A stretch of 64,000 nucleotides of DNA from Octopus sinensis (taxonomy: Eukaryota). Shown piece after piece: positions 61,171-64,000 of the stretch. The stretch is from NCBI RefSeq assembly GCF_006345805.1, contig NC_043001.1, positions 46,066,001 to 46,130,000 on the forward strand, in the 5' to 3' direction. The position numbers and the translations under genes are program-made. How positions within the stretch are numbered: the first letter of the stretch is position 1; every line of letters begins with the position of its first letter. Under the pieces are notes generated by a model. That model did no database searches. It had not been told where the DNA came from and saw nothing but the letters and a program-made list of their open reading frames with translations.

Positions 61171-61962
61171 AAAAGAGAGATAAAATTTATTCATATTAAG
61201 ATCTTATATGTATAAATTTTATATCTGAAACAATTTTTATTCCTTTTAATGTTGTTCACAAAATATAAATATGGGAATATGGGTTCCGTGATTTTTCGAA
61301 AATTGTAAAAGGGTTCTACATGTTTGGAAACCAACGCACTAAAACATATGAAAAAAAGCTATGAAACCAATTTGACGCCAAAAAAACAAAAACAAAAAAA
61401 AACGAGGAACAGAAGGGACTTAACTCTCGTCAAGGGAGGTCATTCACTTGATGTAAAATAAAAGCTCATAGATAAGATGCGTTAATGTAGTTTGAGATTC
61501 TTTGTTTATTGCTATTACATTTGCATCAAGGATGTTTTATGGGATGTCTACGAATCACTTTTAACTGACTAGTTGTTTGGTTTCTATCAAAAAAAAAAAA
61601 AATAATCCATACCTCTTTAATCACATAAGTTCGTTCATGAGTGAATACTATTGATTCGTATTGTAAGCTAAACGTTAATTCGGAAAACCCACATTCCTAC
61701 CAATTTGAAGTTAATAATGAATAATATTAATCAGGTTAATGTCACAGATATTTTTTTTTTATGTTTTGCATTGACAATGAGTATGTTATAGACTAAAAAC
61801 AAAATATAATTCTTTTAATTAAAAAAAATATAATTCATCCACATAATCGTAACCTATACTTTCAAAAACGTTTCTGTCAAATTTCATAGGAAAAAGCCCA
61901 GAAATACATTGTTGAGAAATGCGGAAACAAAGCCAGTAGACAGGAGACGCAACTGTATTTAT

Positions 61963-62789
61963 GGGCGAAGTTTCGCATGTCGTAGCTCAGATTTCCGTCG
62001 ATTTCCGTAAAAAACTTTTATTTTTTTACATAAGTAATGAGAGCGAAAGAGACTAAGAGGAAGCGATTTTATGACGAGAAGGTTTCTCTTTGAAGTCGGC
62101 CTGTGTGTGTTTGATGGGGTGTGGGAGACAGACAGTATGTTGTGTAAGTGAAGTGCTTCTGTTAGTGTGTGCGAAGAGACAGAGGGAGTAATGTGTGAAA
62201 GAGAGAGATAACTGATTTTTTACTCGGTGTATGTGTATATGTATGTATGCATGTATGTGTGTGTGCGTGTATGTATCTATGTATGTGTGTGTGTGTAAGT
62301 ATGTGTGTGTGTATGTATGTATGTATGGCCGATTCATCGTAATTTTTTACTCGGTGTATGTGTATATGTATGTCTGCATGTATGTGTGTGTGTGTGTATG
62401 TATCTATGTGTGTGTGTGTGTAAGTATGTGTGTGTGTATGTATGTATGTATGATGTATGTATGTGTGTGTGTGTATGTATCTATGTATGTGTGTGTGTGT
62501 ATGTATGTATGTATGTATGTATGGCCGATTCATCGTAATTTTTTACTCGGTGTATGTGTATATGTATGTCTGTCTCTTCGCACACACTAACAGAAGCACT
62601 TCACTTACACAACATACTGTCTGTCTCCCACACCCCATCAGACACACACAGGCCGACTTCAAAGAGAAACCTTCTCGTCATAAAATCGCTTCCTCTTAGT
62701 CTCTTTCGCTCTCATTACTTATGTAAAAAAATAAAAGTTTTTTACGGAAATCGACGGAAATCTGTGCTACTACAACCGAAACTATGCCT
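61963..62789. mobile_element. Fold-back element with ~200-bp near-identical inverted arms
   Basis: 61982-62183 is the reverse complement of 62569-62770 with only isolated mismatches; the spacer contains three TTTTTACTCGGTGTATGTGTATATGTATGT blocks. Confidence 0.85.
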
Positions 62790-64000
62790 ATTTATGTCAA
62801 CTAGTGTTAGATGTGAAGATTGTGTATATTATTAGATACGCTGGGTACTACTGTCAGGTTTGCAGTAACAGATTCGATTAATGAATGACTGTTTTTGATG
62901 CCAAAGGTGAAGCACAGACAAACATTTCACGTAGATCTCTTCAGTGAAGAATATATGCTTATCTTTTTGCATTTCTCAGTTGATTCCTTTCAACACAGAC
63001 CATCACTAACTTACAATAACTATCTGTTATTATTATCCCACTAAATTCCTTACAAACGACAGTGTTTTGACAAAGCATAATGTGATCTTTGTTCACGAAA
63101 AATAGATAAAGGACAATTATATAGACAAGTATTATGTTACAAGTAAAGCTGTCCAGACTACAATTGTCTGTTTTGGAATTGTTTCTATGGCTGTATGTCC
63201 TTCCTAATGCCAACCACTTTACAGAGTGTGCTGGGTGCTTTTTACATGCCACCAGCACAGGTACATTTACATTGCACCAACATGAGTGCATTTTACGTGG
63301 CTCCAGCACGAGTTCATGTCACATGTCACTGGCATCTGCAAATGACATGCCTGTATGGAAAGCCACAATTTTACTTAGCCTGATGTGTCTTCTCAAGAAA
63401 TGAAAATAAAGTGGAATAGTTATATACTCATTATAATTAACCCAATAAACTACAAGCCCTTATTGTATGAAGCTGTGGAGGGTTCATTAGCAGTATTAAT
63501 GCAGGTCTTGTTGGAGATATTCATATTATGTACTCAATGCAAACAAATAGCAGAGGAAACATTTTGTGGGATTTTTGGAACAGAAACAGGGAGCCAAGAG
63601 TTTAGATGTCAAAGATCCATAGGAGTGATTAACAGAAGAAGTCCATGGGCTTCTCAGATGGCTTGACAGATGTAACAATCAGTTTCTGTTACATGATGTT
63701 CCAATATGAGATCTTAACATCTTTTTTTATGGAACAATAGGGTATGATTGAGGGAGATTTCACTGCTAAACTTAAATGAGTGGGATAATTGAGGTGCAGT
63801 GAAATAGCTTTCAAAGTCTACCATACCACTGTACACAAAGATAAACATACTATATGATCTAATTAGTGTTGGGGATGAATGTAGTAACAGTATAGTTACT
63901 AGAGTAATGAAAGTAGACTGTATGGAAAATATTCAAGGATTGGCTATTGTTGTTTAGTTCTAGGTCAGCCCTCTTTGAGCTGATCAATCAAAAGTATTCT

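Overview
AT-rich eukaryotic genomic DNA saturated with microsatellites and transposon remnants. The tRNA-derived SINE families and repeat landscape best fit an octopus (coleoid cephalopod) genome; this is an inference from recall, not a database search. Almost every ORF in the supplied track is a microsatellite or repeat artefact. Reading splice signals by hand recovers one real gene that the track largely misses: the 3' part of a minus-strand WD40-repeat gene of the WDR49/WDR64/WDY-like family. Six phase-compatible exons (59042-58872, 56010-55947, 54978-54800, 51672-51510, 22843-22707, 19805-19725) splice into a 264-aa open frame plus stop. The introns and flanks hold many SINE copies from several families, remnants of five non-LTR clades (RTE, R4/Dong, CR1, Tx1/L1, CRE), Penelope-like pieces, Tc1/mariner and pogo remnants, MITEs, several long palindromes and a decayed tRNA-Asp. 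The most interesting items are: (i) an intact-looking minimal type I hammerhead ribozyme at 47453-47513, plus a second family with a non-canonical hammerhead-like core; (ii) a ~184-bp SINE unit that recurrently sits inside older copies of its own family at one fixed junction between the A and B boxes; (iii) a possible alternative C-terminus of the WD40 gene selected by two overlapping donors; (iv) a C2H2 zinc finger in frame with a truncated CR1. Repeat boundaries are approximate, read by eye.
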